55,001 nt of DNA. Origin: a virus. Taxonomy: Duplodnaviria > Caudoviricetes. Shown here in pieces: positions 1 to 9,327 of the stretch. The DNA lies in IMG/VR virus record IMGVR_UViG_3300024288_000002, positions 1-55,001 of that record. The stretch is one strand, 5' to 3'. Made by a program: the position numbers and the translations under genes. The stretch's first letter is position 1; every line of letters starts with the position of its first letter. Under the pieces are notes generated by a model. That model saw nothing but the letters and a program-made list of their open reading frames with translations. It was not told the DNA's origin and did not search any database.

Positions 1-149
1 AGAAGTGAGTAGTACCTTAAGGAGGTATACTGAGATATAGTGAATTGTTGGCCTTTATACGAGGAACAAGGTATAATCAGATGAAGGACCCTGGGAGGTG
101 TGATGAGCAAGATCGATAGGGACTCACAAGAGTGGATCTCTGACGAAGC
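1..149 (+). repeat. Terminal direct repeat, left copy (assembly overlap or short DTR)
   Basis: Identical to 54855-55001 except that the right copy lacks 2 nt (GACTCACAAG vs GACTCAAG). Confidence 0.9.
31..80 (+). promoter_or_regulatory. Putative late promoter 1
   Basis: TGAGATATAGTGAATTGTTGGCC-N18-TATAATCAG; a near-identical motif precedes the head protease gene. Confidence 0.75.
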
Positions 150-423
150 GTTGGCAGCTATCAACATGGAGCGCATCCTCGAGCCTGACAAGACGCACGA
201 GGAAATTGCTCGCGAGATCCTCATGTCATCTGCTCCGATGGCTGCGAAGTCGGTAGCTTGGTTGTCAGCCCATGCGTCGGCGGAGCAAGTGCGGCTAGCG
301 GCTTCCAAGTACATCATCGACGGTGTGGTCGGTGGTGGGTTCAAGGCTGCAGGCTCTGTGGACGACTTGCTCATGTCATTGGTTTCGCAACTGGCTTCCA
401 ACGATGTAGAGGTCATGGAATAA
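100..423 (+). CDS. Possible terminase small subunit / helical DNA-binding protein
   Basis: First gene after the late promoter; GGAGGTG RBS; helical 'VRLAASKYIIDG' segment resembling small terminases. Confidence 0.45.
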   Translation: MMSKIDRDSQEWISDEALAAINMERILEPDKTHEEIAREILMSSAPMAAKSVAWLSAHASAEQVRLAASKYIIDGVVGGGFKAAGSVDDLLMSLVSQLASNDVEVME

Positions 424-480
424 AGCAAGCCGCCCCTGTGGGTCTTTACTCCATAGGGGCCCGGTTGCATAGGAGGAAAG

Positions 481-1020
481 ATGCCGAATAGGCAAGCGCA
501 GCTTGGCGATACTGTTCAGTATCGCGATGCTCGGGGTAAGACACACAACATTCAGGTCATTGGGACACAAGCGAATACGGGAGCAGCGCCTGCGGCCCCA
601 GCGGTTGCGAATAGCGGTACCGGTGGGGTGCTAACAGCTGCTACGTACAGCTACAGGATTTCGGCTGTACGCTTTGGCGCTGAATCCCTTGCGTCGGCAG
701 CTGGGACAACGGTGGTCGGTGCGGGTACTACGAACAAGTGCACGATCACGTTGCCGGGTGTAGCTGGGGTGCAGTACGCCATCTATGGCCGCGTTGGGGG
801 TTCCGAACTCTTTATCGGTCTCAGTGCGCTGGGAGCTAGTTCCTTCGATGATACTGGCAGCGTTGTTACGCCGGCTGGAGCATTGCCTTCCACAGACGGT
901 AGGGTAGGTGCGATCCAGTACCACCAGGAGCCGGAGATGCTCGGGATGCCTGGGCAGCCGACGTCGCCGCTACTGAAGGCAACCTCGGTAGCTTCCGTGA
1001 ACGCCTACTTCAAGTACTAA
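481..1020 (+). CDS. Putative virion protein with Fn3/Ig-like domain
   Basis: AGGAGG RBS; 'GGVLTAATYSYRISAV...YAIYGR...ELFIG' resembles the N-terminal domain of the major tail protein. Confidence 0.55.
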   Translation: MPNRQAQLGDTVQYRDARGKTHNIQVIGTQANTGAAPAAPAVANSGTGGVLTAATYSYRISAVRFGAESLASAAGTTVVGAGTTNKCTITLPGVAGVQYAIYGRVGGSELFIGLSALGASSFDDTGSVVTPAGALPSTDGRVGAIQYHQEPEMLGMPGQPTSPLLKATSVASVNAYFKY

Positions 1021-1033
1021 GAGAAGGGAGACC

Positions 1034-1276
1034 ATGTTGAGTAGCTGGGATGGTAGGCACCCGAGCGTCCAGCATTTCGAGGACTTGTTCATGTATGACC
1101 ACCTGCCTGAAGGTCTTCTGCGTGACACTTCTATGGTGCTTAGTCAGGTAGCGGGCACGATGCTTACCGTGCTTGAGGATGGACCTGAGCTGAGCGCAGG
1201 TCTTCGCAAGCTGCTAGAGGCTAAGGACTGCTTTGTACGTCAGGCAGTCAAGGACCGGAAGAAAGCTGCAGGGTAA
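1034..1276 (+). CDS. Small helical-hairpin protein, candidate Acb2/Tad1-like nucleotide-signal sponge
   Basis: Conserved phage pattern F-x-Y-x-HLP...GPE...LRKLLEAKDCFVR; 80 aa; function inferred. Confidence 0.45.
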   Translation: MLSSWDGRHPSVQHFEDLFMYDHLPEGLLRDTSMVLSQVAGTMLTVLEDGPELSAGLRKLLEAKDCFVRQAVKDRKKAAG

Positions 1277-1611
1277 TGGGAGTCTACACCGGCGGGAATA
1301 CAGGAAGTGGGGATACGCACATGGCCAGCATGATTAGTGGTGGCAAGAACCAGCCGAGTAGGGGAATCAAGAAAGCTGCTAAGGCAGCACCAGCGAAGAA
1401 GGTGGCGAAGGTGGCAAAGAAGGCGGTAGCAGCTGAGTCGCCGGCCGTTGAGTCGGCTGAGGTCGGAACGCCTCGACAGAAGAAGGCGACAGCTGCCAGC
1501 AAGAAGGTACCGCGTAAGGTGGCTAAGGCAGCTGCCCCGACGGCTCGCGTAAGGCGACAAGCTACGCTGATGGCAACCAAGAACAACAGTAATGCCATTG
1601 GTGGGTACTAA
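1276..1611 (+). CDS. Lys/Ala-rich histone H1-like basic protein
   Basis: KKAAKAAPAKKVAKVAKK repeats; start overlaps the upstream stop (TAATG). Confidence 0.6.
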   Translation: MGVYTGGNTGSGDTHMASMISGGKNQPSRGIKKAAKAAPAKKVAKVAKKAVAAESPAVESAEVGTPRQKKATAASKKVPRKVAKAAAPTARVRRQATLMATKNNSNAIGGY

Positions 1612-2004
1612 GTGGCAGGTTATCTGCGAAGGCTAGCGAGTGCCACGTTCACGCGCGGTTCTTCGTTGACTGCTTCTTCAGGCAACGTTGCGGCTGCCGT
1701 AGCTACTGCTACACTTGCTGCCAATGCTACGAAGACAACGTACATTACGGGCTTTGAGATCACAGGTGCTGGTGCTACTGCAGGAGCAGCTGTTGTTGTT
1801 ACCGTTACAGGTACTATTGGCGGTACAATGTCGTTCGTCTACACGGCTGCTACCGGAGCCGCAGTAGGCAACTTTCCCTTGATCGTCGACTTTCCAGAGC
1901 CGGTCCCAGGCTCTGCGATAAACACTGCGATCGTAGTCTCGTGTCCTTCCCTGGGCGCCGGCAATACGAACAACGCAGTAGTGGCTCACGGCTTCCAGCT
2001 GTAA
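1612..2004 (+). CDS. Putative virion structural protein
   Basis: Ala/Thr/Gly-rich beta-type composition; abuts the upstream gene. Confidence 0.5.
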   Translation: MAGYLRRLASATFTRGSSLTASSGNVAAAVATATLAANATKTTYITGFEITGAGATAGAAVVVTVTGTIGGTMSFVYTAATGAAVGNFPLIVDFPEPVPGSAINTAIVVSCPSLGAGNTNNAVVAHGFQL

Positions 2005-2046
2005 GTCGAAAAGCATTCCTTATTATATAAGGGAGGGTGGGTTCAA

Positions 2047-2250
2047 ATGTTCGACAGATATGCGAAGGCGATTGTAGGAGCGTTAGTAGCTGGAGCCGGA
2101 ACGTGGGGAACCGCGGTCGCCGATGGGTCGATCACTGCGACTGAGTGGTCGGCCATTGTTGTGACCGTACTGTTGTCCCTCGGTGTGGTTTGGGCAGTCC
2201 CGAACACTGGTACTGTCGCATCGACAAAGCCAGCTGATGGCGCTAAGTAA
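2047..2250 (+). CDS. Holin-like small membrane protein
   Basis: Two hydrophobic segments; 'YAKAIVGALVA...ITATEW...LGVVWAVPN' is typical of actinophage holin-like proteins. Confidence 0.6.
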   Translation: MFDRYAKAIVGALVAGAGTWGTAVADGSITATEWSAIVVTVLLSLGVVWAVPNTGTVASTKPADGAK

Positions 2251-3715
2251 GGCGAAGTACTTCGATCTGGTTGGGTACAAGCCACACCCCAAGCAGCAGC
2301 TCTTCCATGATTCCACTTCCCGCTTTCGGATTCCGTGCTGCGGTCGACGGTTCGGAAAAAGCAACATGGCCGGCCGCGACACGGGGGCGGAGCTGTTCCT
2401 GCCAAAGCGTCGCTACTGGATTGTCGGACCTACGTATGACCTGGCCGAGAAGGAGTTCCGAGTTATCTGGGACGACCTGATTATTGGTCAGAAACTTGGG
2501 TTAGACAAGCGCGTGAAGAAGTCGTATTCCAAGCGTGGCGGCGAAATGTGGATTGAGTTCCCCTGGCAGACGCGCATCGAGTGCCGATCAGCTGATCACC
2601 CTGAAGGCCTGGTTGGCGAGAAGCTACACGGCGTGATCATGTCGGAAGCTGCTAAGCACCGGAAGGATACCTGGGAGCGGTTTATCCGGCCAGCTCTTGG
2701 TGACGTGCGAGGCTGGGCTACGTTTCCGACGACACCTGAGGGCTTCAATTGGCTGTATGACCTCTGGTCGTTCGGCAGATCACCTGATCCGATGCTTAAG
2801 GACTACGCTGCTTGGCAATTTCCGAGCTGGGACAATCCCTACATCTACCCGAACGGATTCGACGACCCCGAGATCCAGCTGATCAAGCGGACTGTGCTAC
2901 CTGCATTCTTCGACCAAGAGATCGCAGCTAAGTTCAACGCATTCGTCGGCAAAATCTACGACGAGTTCAGTGAAGTAACACACGTTAAAGGTCACACATA
3001 CCGGCCCGAATGGCCAAACTACATGGCGTTCGACTGGGGATTCACGAACCCACTAGCGTGCATCGAGTTCCAAGTTGATCCTTGGGGGCGCATCTACATA
3101 TGGCGGGAGCACTACAAAGCTGGGATGATGCTTTCCCAGCACATCCGGATGATCAAGGAGCGTCCGAATCCTGCTGGTTGGAAGATCGACCTAGCCTTCG
3201 GAGACGCTGCCAGTCCAGAGTCAGTGATGGAAGTTTCCACGACGCTTGCACCGTGCTATGCCGATCCTCGATCAAAGTCCGGCACGGCAAAGGTAACGCA
3301 GGATAGTCAGGGTCGTCATAGCTCTCAATCCGGATGGCGTGAAGGCGTAGAGCTAGTCAAAGGCTTTCTTCAGACACGTGAAGTAGGCGTACAGGATGAG
3401 TATGGAACTCCAATCCTCGAACCCTGGCTGTTCGTGGATCACTCCTGCGTCAATACGATCCGGGAATTTAACAATTACCGTGCCCCCGATATGGGCAAGG
3501 GAGATCGGAACCTTCGAGAAGATGCCCGACAGCATGACAACCATGCGCTGGATGCAATTCGGTATGCATTCATGCACATCTTCAAGCTCGGTGCAACAGC
3601 GAAGCTGAGCGACATCTACAACCTGGAAGACCTGCAGCGTGCTAGCGATTCCATCTTCGATACTACCGGCACGACGAGCTCGGGCTTCTTCCAGTCGGAA
3701 CTACTTCGCTTTTAA
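2237..3715 (+). CDS. terL: Terminase large subunit
   Basis: Walker A CGRRFGKS, VGPTY motif, TTPEG, nuclease motifs AFDWG and DNHALDAIRY. Confidence 0.93.
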   Translation: MALSKAKYFDLVGYKPHPKQQLFHDSTSRFRIPCCGRRFGKSNMAGRDTGAELFLPKRRYWIVGPTYDLAEKEFRVIWDDLIIGQKLGLDKRVKKSYSKRGGEMWIEFPWQTRIECRSADHPEGLVGEKLHGVIMSEAAKHRKDTWERFIRPALGDVRGWATFPTTPEGFNWLYDLWSFGRSPDPMLKDYAAWQFPSWDNPYIYPNGFDDPEIQLIKRTVLPAFFDQEIAAKFNAFVGKIYDEFSEVTHVKGHTYRPEWPNYMAFDWGFTNPLACIEFQVDPWGRIYIWREHYKAGMMLSQHIRMIKERPNPAGWKIDLAFGDAASPESVMEVSTTLAPCYADPRSKSGTAKVTQDSQGRHSSQSGWREGVELVKGFLQTREVGVQDEYGTPILEPWLFVDHSCVNTIREFNNYRAPDMGKGDRNLREDARQHDNHALDAIRYAFMHIFKLGATAKLSDIYNLEDLQRASDSIFDTTGTTSSGFFQSELLRF

Positions 3716-3724
3716 GGAGAAGGT

Positions 3725-4096
3725 GTGACGCTATACATCTATGCCGCTACTGTACAGCGGGTGATTGACGGCGACACTGTGGTACTGGACGTCGATCTGG
3801 GTTTCAAGACCTGGCACCACGGACCCTTTAGGCTTGTCGGTATCAACGCTCGCGAGTTGCACTCACCTGGTGGGTTGGAGGCACGTGACAACCTCATGGC
3901 ACTCTTACCGCCAGGCACATCTGTTGGTTTGTCTAGCGTCAAGCCGGACAAGTACGCGGAGCGCTACGACGCCAAGATTGTCATGCCTGATGGAAGTGAC
4001 CTAGGCGAGCTGCTTGTGTCGACGTCTTGGGCAGCGGTTTGGGACGGACGCGGATCGCCCACGATTCCACCGTGGCCACGGGTTGCTGCTAGCTGA
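3725..4096 (+). CDS. Thermonuclease (SNase-like) family nuclease
   Basis: RVIDGDT...RLVGINARE...DKYAER motifs. Confidence 0.85.
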   Translation: MTLYIYAATVQRVIDGDTVVLDVDLGFKTWHHGPFRLVGINARELHSPGGLEARDNLMALLPPGTSVGLSSVKPDKYAERYDAKIVMPDGSDLGELLVSTSWAAVWDGRGSPTIPPWPRVAAS

Positions 4097-4168
4097 ACAG
4101 GCGATTACACGGATCTTGCGATTTAGGTTGATCCGTTATATCATGACTTAACGGTTCAGAGGGGGTGA

Positions 4169-4516
4169 GTGGTGACAACCAAGTACGACATTACTATTCA
4201 GCAAGGAGCTTCCTTCCAACGTACTATCGCAGCCCTTAACCGGGACAGGACGGTTAAGAGCCTAGTTGGATACTCAGCTAGGATGCAGATTAGGCCGACA
4301 GTTGGTTCTGCGACTATCCTGCTGGATGCCAACACTGCTAACGGTATGCTTACCGTTAATGGGATAGCTGGCACGGTTTCGATTGACGTTGGAGCTGACA
4401 TCACTACTCCCATGACCTGGACTACAGGGGTCTGGGACATAGAGGCGTATCTGGGCAACACTGTAATCAGACTTGCGGAGGGATTCGCTTCCCTTAGTCA
4501 GGAGGTAACACGCTAA
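4169..4516 (+). CDS. Ig-like virion accessory protein
   Basis: 'YDITIQQGASF...LVGYSARMQIR...GVWDIE' pattern of small phage beta-sandwich structural proteins. Confidence 0.6.
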   Translation: MVTTKYDITIQQGASFQRTIAALNRDRTVKSLVGYSARMQIRPTVGSATILLDANTANGMLTVNGIAGTVSIDVGADITTPMTWTTGVWDIEAYLGNTVIRLAEGFASLSQEVTR

Positions 4517-5385
4517 TGCCTGTTCAGCTTCCCCCGAACTCGACGGGTGCTGTCATCGAGACTCGTACAGTCAGTAGCAAGGAACGCCAAGTGTTTGCGC
4601 TGGGCGAGCCTCCTCGTCCAGCACCAACACGTGCAAGTGGCGGTCAGCTCCTCTACGTCGAAGACTTCTGTGCCGTTCAGCCAGGCTTGTGGAATGACGG
4701 TGTAGGCTGGTGTGGTATCGACACAGACATCATATTCAATGGCAAGCCAACGCTTCGGCTTGATACTGGTGGCAACTCCAACGGTGGTCCGGCAAACCCT
4801 AACCGGACGGCAATCACATCCGGCGTGGTAACGAAGCGCCGCATCCATGATGGCTACCGTCATAAGTTCGGTATGGAGTTCTGGTTCCGATTTACCTCGT
4901 TGAACCTTACGACCAACACGATGTTCTCCGCGTCGATCTACAACCGCAACGGTACACAGGCACATCACGGTCGGGTGTGGCTTGATCCGAATGGTAATAA
5001 CGTACCCATGCACGCTCGTATCCTCGACGGTGCTGCGACCTTTGCATTGTCCGGAACGAACGGTGCAAGTGCTGCAGTGTACACCGACGTAGTAACATCA
5101 GTCAATCAGAATGGCGCGGGCACTCACACCTACGACGTTCCGTCCGGTCGGCTGGACCGAGCAGGTGGTTGGCACTGGTGCAAGCTGGTCGTCGACTTTG
5201 TGGCTGCAAAGTACGTATCAATCCAGCTGGATGGCGAGACAGCAGTAGACTTGTCCGCCTACAACCTGGATGTCACCGACACTACTGGCTTCGCAGGCAT
5301 GCACCATAGCTTCGAGTTCAGTGCCTCCACATCAACTCGACGGTACGTCAACATCGCCAACATCATCGGAACGGTGGAAGACTAA
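4516..5385 (+). CDS. Putative virion protein with lectin/concanavalin-like beta-sandwich
   Basis: Beta-rich; 'GGWHWCKLVVD...IQLDG' resembles LamG/ConA-like domains; coupled to its neighbours. Confidence 0.45.
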   Translation: MPVQLPPNSTGAVIETRTVSSKERQVFALGEPPRPAPTRASGGQLLYVEDFCAVQPGLWNDGVGWCGIDTDIIFNGKPTLRLDTGGNSNGGPANPNRTAITSGVVTKRRIHDGYRHKFGMEFWFRFTSLNLTTNTMFSASIYNRNGTQAHHGRVWLDPNGNNVPMHARILDGAATFALSGTNGASAAVYTDVVTSVNQNGAGTHTYDVPSGRLDRAGGWHWCKLVVDFVAAKYVSIQLDGETAVDLSAYNLDVTDTTGFAGMHHSFEFSASTSTRRYVNIANIIGTVED

Positions 5386-5807
5386 TGGCAATCAAGCTAA
5401 CCATCCCGATGTGGACGTTGTCTACCGATAACGAGCAGTCCCTCGGTGCAGGACGTACGGTTGTCACAGCTACGACCACAGTGAGTCGTGAGTACCCGGA
5501 GTTTAGCCGCTTCGCCAAAGCCATCTTCATCCTGGATGTGTCGGCTGCTACTGGAACGTCCCCCACTCTCGATGTTACTGTCCAAGGCTTCAACGAGGCA
5601 TCTGGAAAGTGGCACACAGTAGTTACTTTCCCACAGCAGGTCGCTGCGTCTGCAGCTAGCCCACTCGCTGCGAACTCGGTTCTAGTTCAGTCGGCAAACT
5701 TGGACTACACCCGATACCGCGCTCAATGGGTAACTGGTGGTACTGGTATTTCCATCACGTTCACGCTTGTCGCAATTGCACACACAGAAGAGGCTGTGAC
5801 TCGATGA
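5385..5807 (+). CDS. Putative virion structural protein
   Basis: 'LDVSAATGTSPTLDVTVQG...RYRAQW' jelly-roll-like pattern. Confidence 0.5.
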   Translation: MAIKLTIPMWTLSTDNEQSLGAGRTVVTATTTVSREYPEFSRFAKAIFILDVSAATGTSPTLDVTVQGFNEASGKWHTVVTFPQQVAASAASPLAANSVLVQSANLDYTRYRAQWVTGGTGISITFTLVAIAHTEEAVTR

Positions 5808-5832
5808 TCATCGCATCGTTTTGGCTAAACGG

Positions 5833-5979
5833 ATGGTAATCGCCGCTGCATTCTGGCTTGCTGGTTGGGGACCTGCTCTCCAACCGGCTATTGTTTGGCA
5901 CGATGAACAAGTCGTTGGGTACATCGATCCAGACATCATCTACTGGTACACCGAACCGATACTCACCGTAGTTATTTAA
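5833..5979 (+). CDS. Small hypothetical protein (48 aa)
   Basis: MVIAAAFWLAGWGPALQPAIVWHDEQ..., translated by hand; fills the gap before the portal gene. Confidence 0.4.
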   Translation: MVIAAAFWLAGWGPALQPAIVWHDEQVVGYIDPDIIYWYTEPILTVVI

Positions 5980-6020
5980 TTCGCCAATCGACTATTTCGC
6001 CCTGTGGGAGGTTGAACAGC

Positions 6021-7601
6021 ATGAGCGCGGTTGATCCGGGTAGCGCGGCACTCTCACAGTACCGCGAGATTTCGATTCAGGAACTAATAGAGCAGTACGA
6101 AGTTGTGAAGGTTGATGAAGGTAACCGCAACCTCGGTACGTCGCCCTTCATCGTTGTGTCCGAGAGCGGTGGCATCAAGCTTGCAGGTACTCCGAACATA
6201 GATGCACAGTTCGGGATACAGGAGCTCGGTTATACTTCCATGAGCCCTTGGACTGCATGGACTCGAGAAGAGCTCATTCCCGAGCTACGAAACAAGCAAG
6301 GCATTCGCAAGTTCTACGACATGAAGCGTAACGATGGTGCTGTACGTGGCTCGCTTCGTTTGCTGAAGACTCCAATCCAGGCTGCTCACTGGTTTGTAGA
6401 GCCGGCAAGCGACAGCGCTCTAGACAAGAATATCGCAGACTTTGTCAAGGCGTGTTTGTTCGACAAGCTAAACGTCAACTGGTCACAGGTACTCGACGAC
6501 GTACTACTGATATTCGAATACGGTTACATGGTCTTCGAGAAGGTGTACGACATTGATCGGGATGGTAAGGTCGTCCTGAAGAAGCTCGGTCCACGACACC
6601 CTCTCGACATCCAGGAATGGATATTCGACGATCATGGTGGTCCTGCAGGTATTGTTATGGAGCCGTTTGTCCCGTACGGTAACCAGTACATCACTGGCAA
6701 TAATAGTCCCTATGCCACTACCGATCAGTTCGGTGCTGTTATGGCACTCGGACAATTCATTCCGATCAACAAGCTGGTAATCTTCTCTCTCGAAGCTGAA
6801 GCTGGTGACCTTCGTGGCATCTCTGTTCTTCGGTCCGCGTACAAGCACTGGTACTACAAAGACACGCTCTATAAGATCGACGCTATACAGAAAGAACGGC
6901 ACGGTATTGGGGTACCTATCATCAAGCTTCCGCCTGGGTTTAGTCCTGCGGACAAGAAGCTCGCCGACGAGCTTGGTCGTAACCTACGCACCAACGATCG
7001 TGCTCACATCGTTGTGCCTGCGAACTGGGAGATCATGTTTGCGGTACTTGGTGGCAATCCGGTTTCGGCCATTGAGTCAATCAACCACCACAACGACCAG
7101 ATACTTCTAAACATCCTTGCACCCTTCATCACAGATGCACGAGTGCGTGACGTAGCTGCCGACATGTTTCTCAAGTCGACTAGGTACCTAGCTGACGCAG
7201 TCGCCTCGATCTTCAATAAGCACATCATCGAACAACTGGTTGATCTGAACTTTGCAAGGGGCAAGTACCCAAAGCTTCGTGCACGTCGTATTGGTGAGTG
7301 GGACGATCTTCGTACGCTCAGCTTTGCCGTTCGTAACTTCGTTGGTGCTGGTCTGATAACGCCTGACGATGTACTCGAAGCATCGCTACGTGAAGAGACC
7401 GACCTTCCGAAGATGGATAAGGCTACTCAACGTATTCCTGTTACGCCTCAAGTACCGGGTGGAGGTGCTCCAGGCGACGGTGGAGACGCAAATGCTCCTA
7501 GTGCACCTAAGCCGCCAAAAGCAGGACCTCCTAGGCAAGGACCCCCTTCTACCGGTGGCTCAGGCGCTCCTACTAAAGGAAGGGATGCCTCAGGGGGTTA
7601 A
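6021..7601 (+). CDS. Portal protein (Mu gp29/DUF935-like)
   Basis: 'YGYMVFEKVY', 'GISVLRSAYKHWYYK', 'ERHGIGVP' motifs; position in the head module. Confidence 0.9.
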   Translation: MSAVDPGSAALSQYREISIQELIEQYEVVKVDEGNRNLGTSPFIVVSESGGIKLAGTPNIDAQFGIQELGYTSMSPWTAWTREELIPELRNKQGIRKFYDMKRNDGAVRGSLRLLKTPIQAAHWFVEPASDSALDKNIADFVKACLFDKLNVNWSQVLDDVLLIFEYGYMVFEKVYDIDRDGKVVLKKLGPRHPLDIQEWIFDDHGGPAGIVMEPFVPYGNQYITGNNSPYATTDQFGAVMALGQFIPINKLVIFSLEAEAGDLRGISVLRSAYKHWYYKDTLYKIDAIQKERHGIGVPIIKLPPGFSPADKKLADELGRNLRTNDRAHIVVPANWEIMFAVLGGNPVSAIESINHHNDQILLNILAPFITDARVRDVAADMFLKSTRYLADAVASIFNKHIIEQLVDLNFARGKYPKLRARRIGEWDDLRTLSFAVRNFVGAGLITPDDVLEASLREETDLPKMDKATQRIPVTPQVPGGGAPGDGGDANAPSAPKPPKAGPPRQGPPSTGGSGAPTKGRDASGG

Positions 7602-7606
7602 TATAT

Positions 7607-7656
7607 TGAGATATAGTGAATTGTTGGCCCGTAAGCTTTGAAGATGATATAATCAG
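7607..7656 (+). promoter_or_regulatory. Putative late promoter 2
   Basis: TGAGATATAGTGAATTGTTGGCC-N18-TATAATCAG, second copy of the motif at 31-80. Confidence 0.75.
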
Positions 7657-7675
7657 GTGAGGAGGTACCGCTAGA

Positions 7676-8839
7676 ATGGATAAGCACTTCGGTTGGTGGG
7701 TTGACTTAGAGAAAGTCACCCTGAGTGATACTACCGCGGGTGCGTCCAGCTGGGTCCACGCCCTACCACTCGGTAAGTATCAGCACCCGCTTCACGGTGA
7801 ACTGAACTTCGACATCGCCAAGCTTACGGCTCTGGCATCGAGTGTGAAGACGAAGGCACGTGGTATAGACCCTGACATCGACTACGACCACAAGGCGGAC
7901 CCTGCTAAGGGCAACCAAGCGGCGGGGTGGGTGAAGGACGCTGAAGTTCGTACTGATGGTTTGTACCTCAGTGTGGACTGGACGAAAGACGCAGCATCGG
8001 ACATCAAGGAGAAGAAGTACCGTTACTTCTCCGCCGAGTTCGTAGACGAATGGAAAGACCCTCAGGGCGCAAGTCACAAGGATGTTCTCTTTGGCGGAGG
8101 TCTTACCAACCGACCGTACATGAAGAACCTCTTGCCAGTGAACCTGTCGGACCTCATCATCTCAGAACCACCCCGAAACCAACCACCCACGGAGGCAGAA
8201 GTGGATCTGAAGAAGCTCGCAGAGCTTCTTGGTCTGCCCGCGACTTCGACCGAAGAGCAGGTACTCGCCAAGCTGGGTGAGATGGCCTCGGGCGTCGTCA
8301 AGTTGACGGAAGACAACAAGAAGCTCGCCGACGAGATCGAGAAGCTCAAGAAGGACCCGACGGAGGGTCTGGACCCGGAGCTCATGCGGCTGGTCGAAGC
8401 AAGTCCCGCGTTCTCCAAGATGTTCGCGGACATGCAGGAGAAGGACAAGAAGCTCACCGAGATGCAGACCGCTATGCGGCTGACCGAGGTGAACTCCCAG
8501 CTCGGCGAATTGCAGCGCGGGAAGATGTTCGCTCTGGCTCCCGTCGTCAAGGAAGACGTTCGGAACATCCTGCTCAAGTCGACTTCTGAGGCCGGTGAGC
8601 AGCTGTTCAAGTTCCTCGCGAAGGTCATGGACGGTACGGCGATGGTCGACCTGTCCGAGCGCGGTCATGCAGGTCGTCGACTCGACGAGGCGGACATCAC
8701 CAAGCGGTTCAACGACATGGTCACGCAGCACATGCAGACCAAGAAGTCGAACTACGGCGAAGCCGTTGAAGCCATCGCGCGTGAGAACCCGCAGATGTTC
8801 AACGACTACCGCGAAGCGTCCTACCAGTTCAAGGCATAA
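7676..8839 (+). CDS. Capsid maturation protease with scaffold region (Mu gpI-like)
   Basis: IDYDH, AAGWV, VDWT, YRYFSAEF, GLTNRP motifs; coiled-coil C-terminus. Confidence 0.9.
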   Translation: MDKHFGWWVDLEKVTLSDTTAGASSWVHALPLGKYQHPLHGELNFDIAKLTALASSVKTKARGIDPDIDYDHKADPAKGNQAAGWVKDAEVRTDGLYLSVDWTKDAASDIKEKKYRYFSAEFVDEWKDPQGASHKDVLFGGGLTNRPYMKNLLPVNLSDLIISEPPRNQPPTEAEVDLKKLAELLGLPATSTEEQVLAKLGEMASGVVKLTEDNKKLADEIEKLKKDPTEGLDPELMRLVEASPAFSKMFADMQEKDKKLTEMQTAMRLTEVNSQLGELQRGKMFALAPVVKEDVRNILLKSTSEAGEQLFKFLAKVMDGTAMVDLSERGHAGRRLDEADITKRFNDMVTQHMQTKKSNYGEAVEAIARENPQMFNDYREASYQFKA

Positions 8840-8855
8840 GGGGAGGTGAACTAGA

Positions 8856-9305
8856 ATGGCTGGATCAAACTACGTACTCGACAAGGGCTTCGATGTCCTG
8901 TCGACCTACAACTCCTCGGCCACAACGGGTGTAACGGCTTACCGTTGTGTAGCAGTGAATAGCACGACCGGTAAGATCGACCTGAATGCCACCTCTACTG
9001 TAATGAGCATCGGTGTCGTTCAGGAGAACGTCGACGCGACGAAGGTCGTGCAGGGCAAGGCCGTAGTCGATGTTCGACTGCTAGGCATTACCAAGGTTCG
9101 TGTGTCAGACACCCCTGGTACAATCGTCCTCGGGTCGAGAGTAGCGGCTAGCGGTACTTCGACGAACTCCGGCGGCGTGAAGTTGGCCGTCACAACCAAT
9201 GCGGTCCTCGGCATCGTGGTTGGTCCCGTGCCAATCGGTACACCTGCCGCTGGCGACCTCATCGATGTGCTGTTGACGCCTGGTGCCGTCGCAGTCCTAA
9301 CGTAA
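8856..9305 (+). CDS. Capsid decoration/cement protein (DUF2190-like)
   Basis: 'IGVVQE...VDVRLLGITKV...AAGDLIDVLL'; lies between protease and capsid genes. Confidence 0.75.
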   Translation: MAGSNYVLDKGFDVLSTYNSSATTGVTAYRCVAVNSTTGKIDLNATSTVMSIGVVQENVDATKVVQGKAVVDVRLLGITKVRVSDTPGTIVLGSRVAASGTSTNSGGVKLAVTTNAVLGIVVGPVPIGTPAAGDLIDVLLTPGAVAVLT

Positions 9306-9327
9306 TCTGAAGGGAGTGAAATAACCA

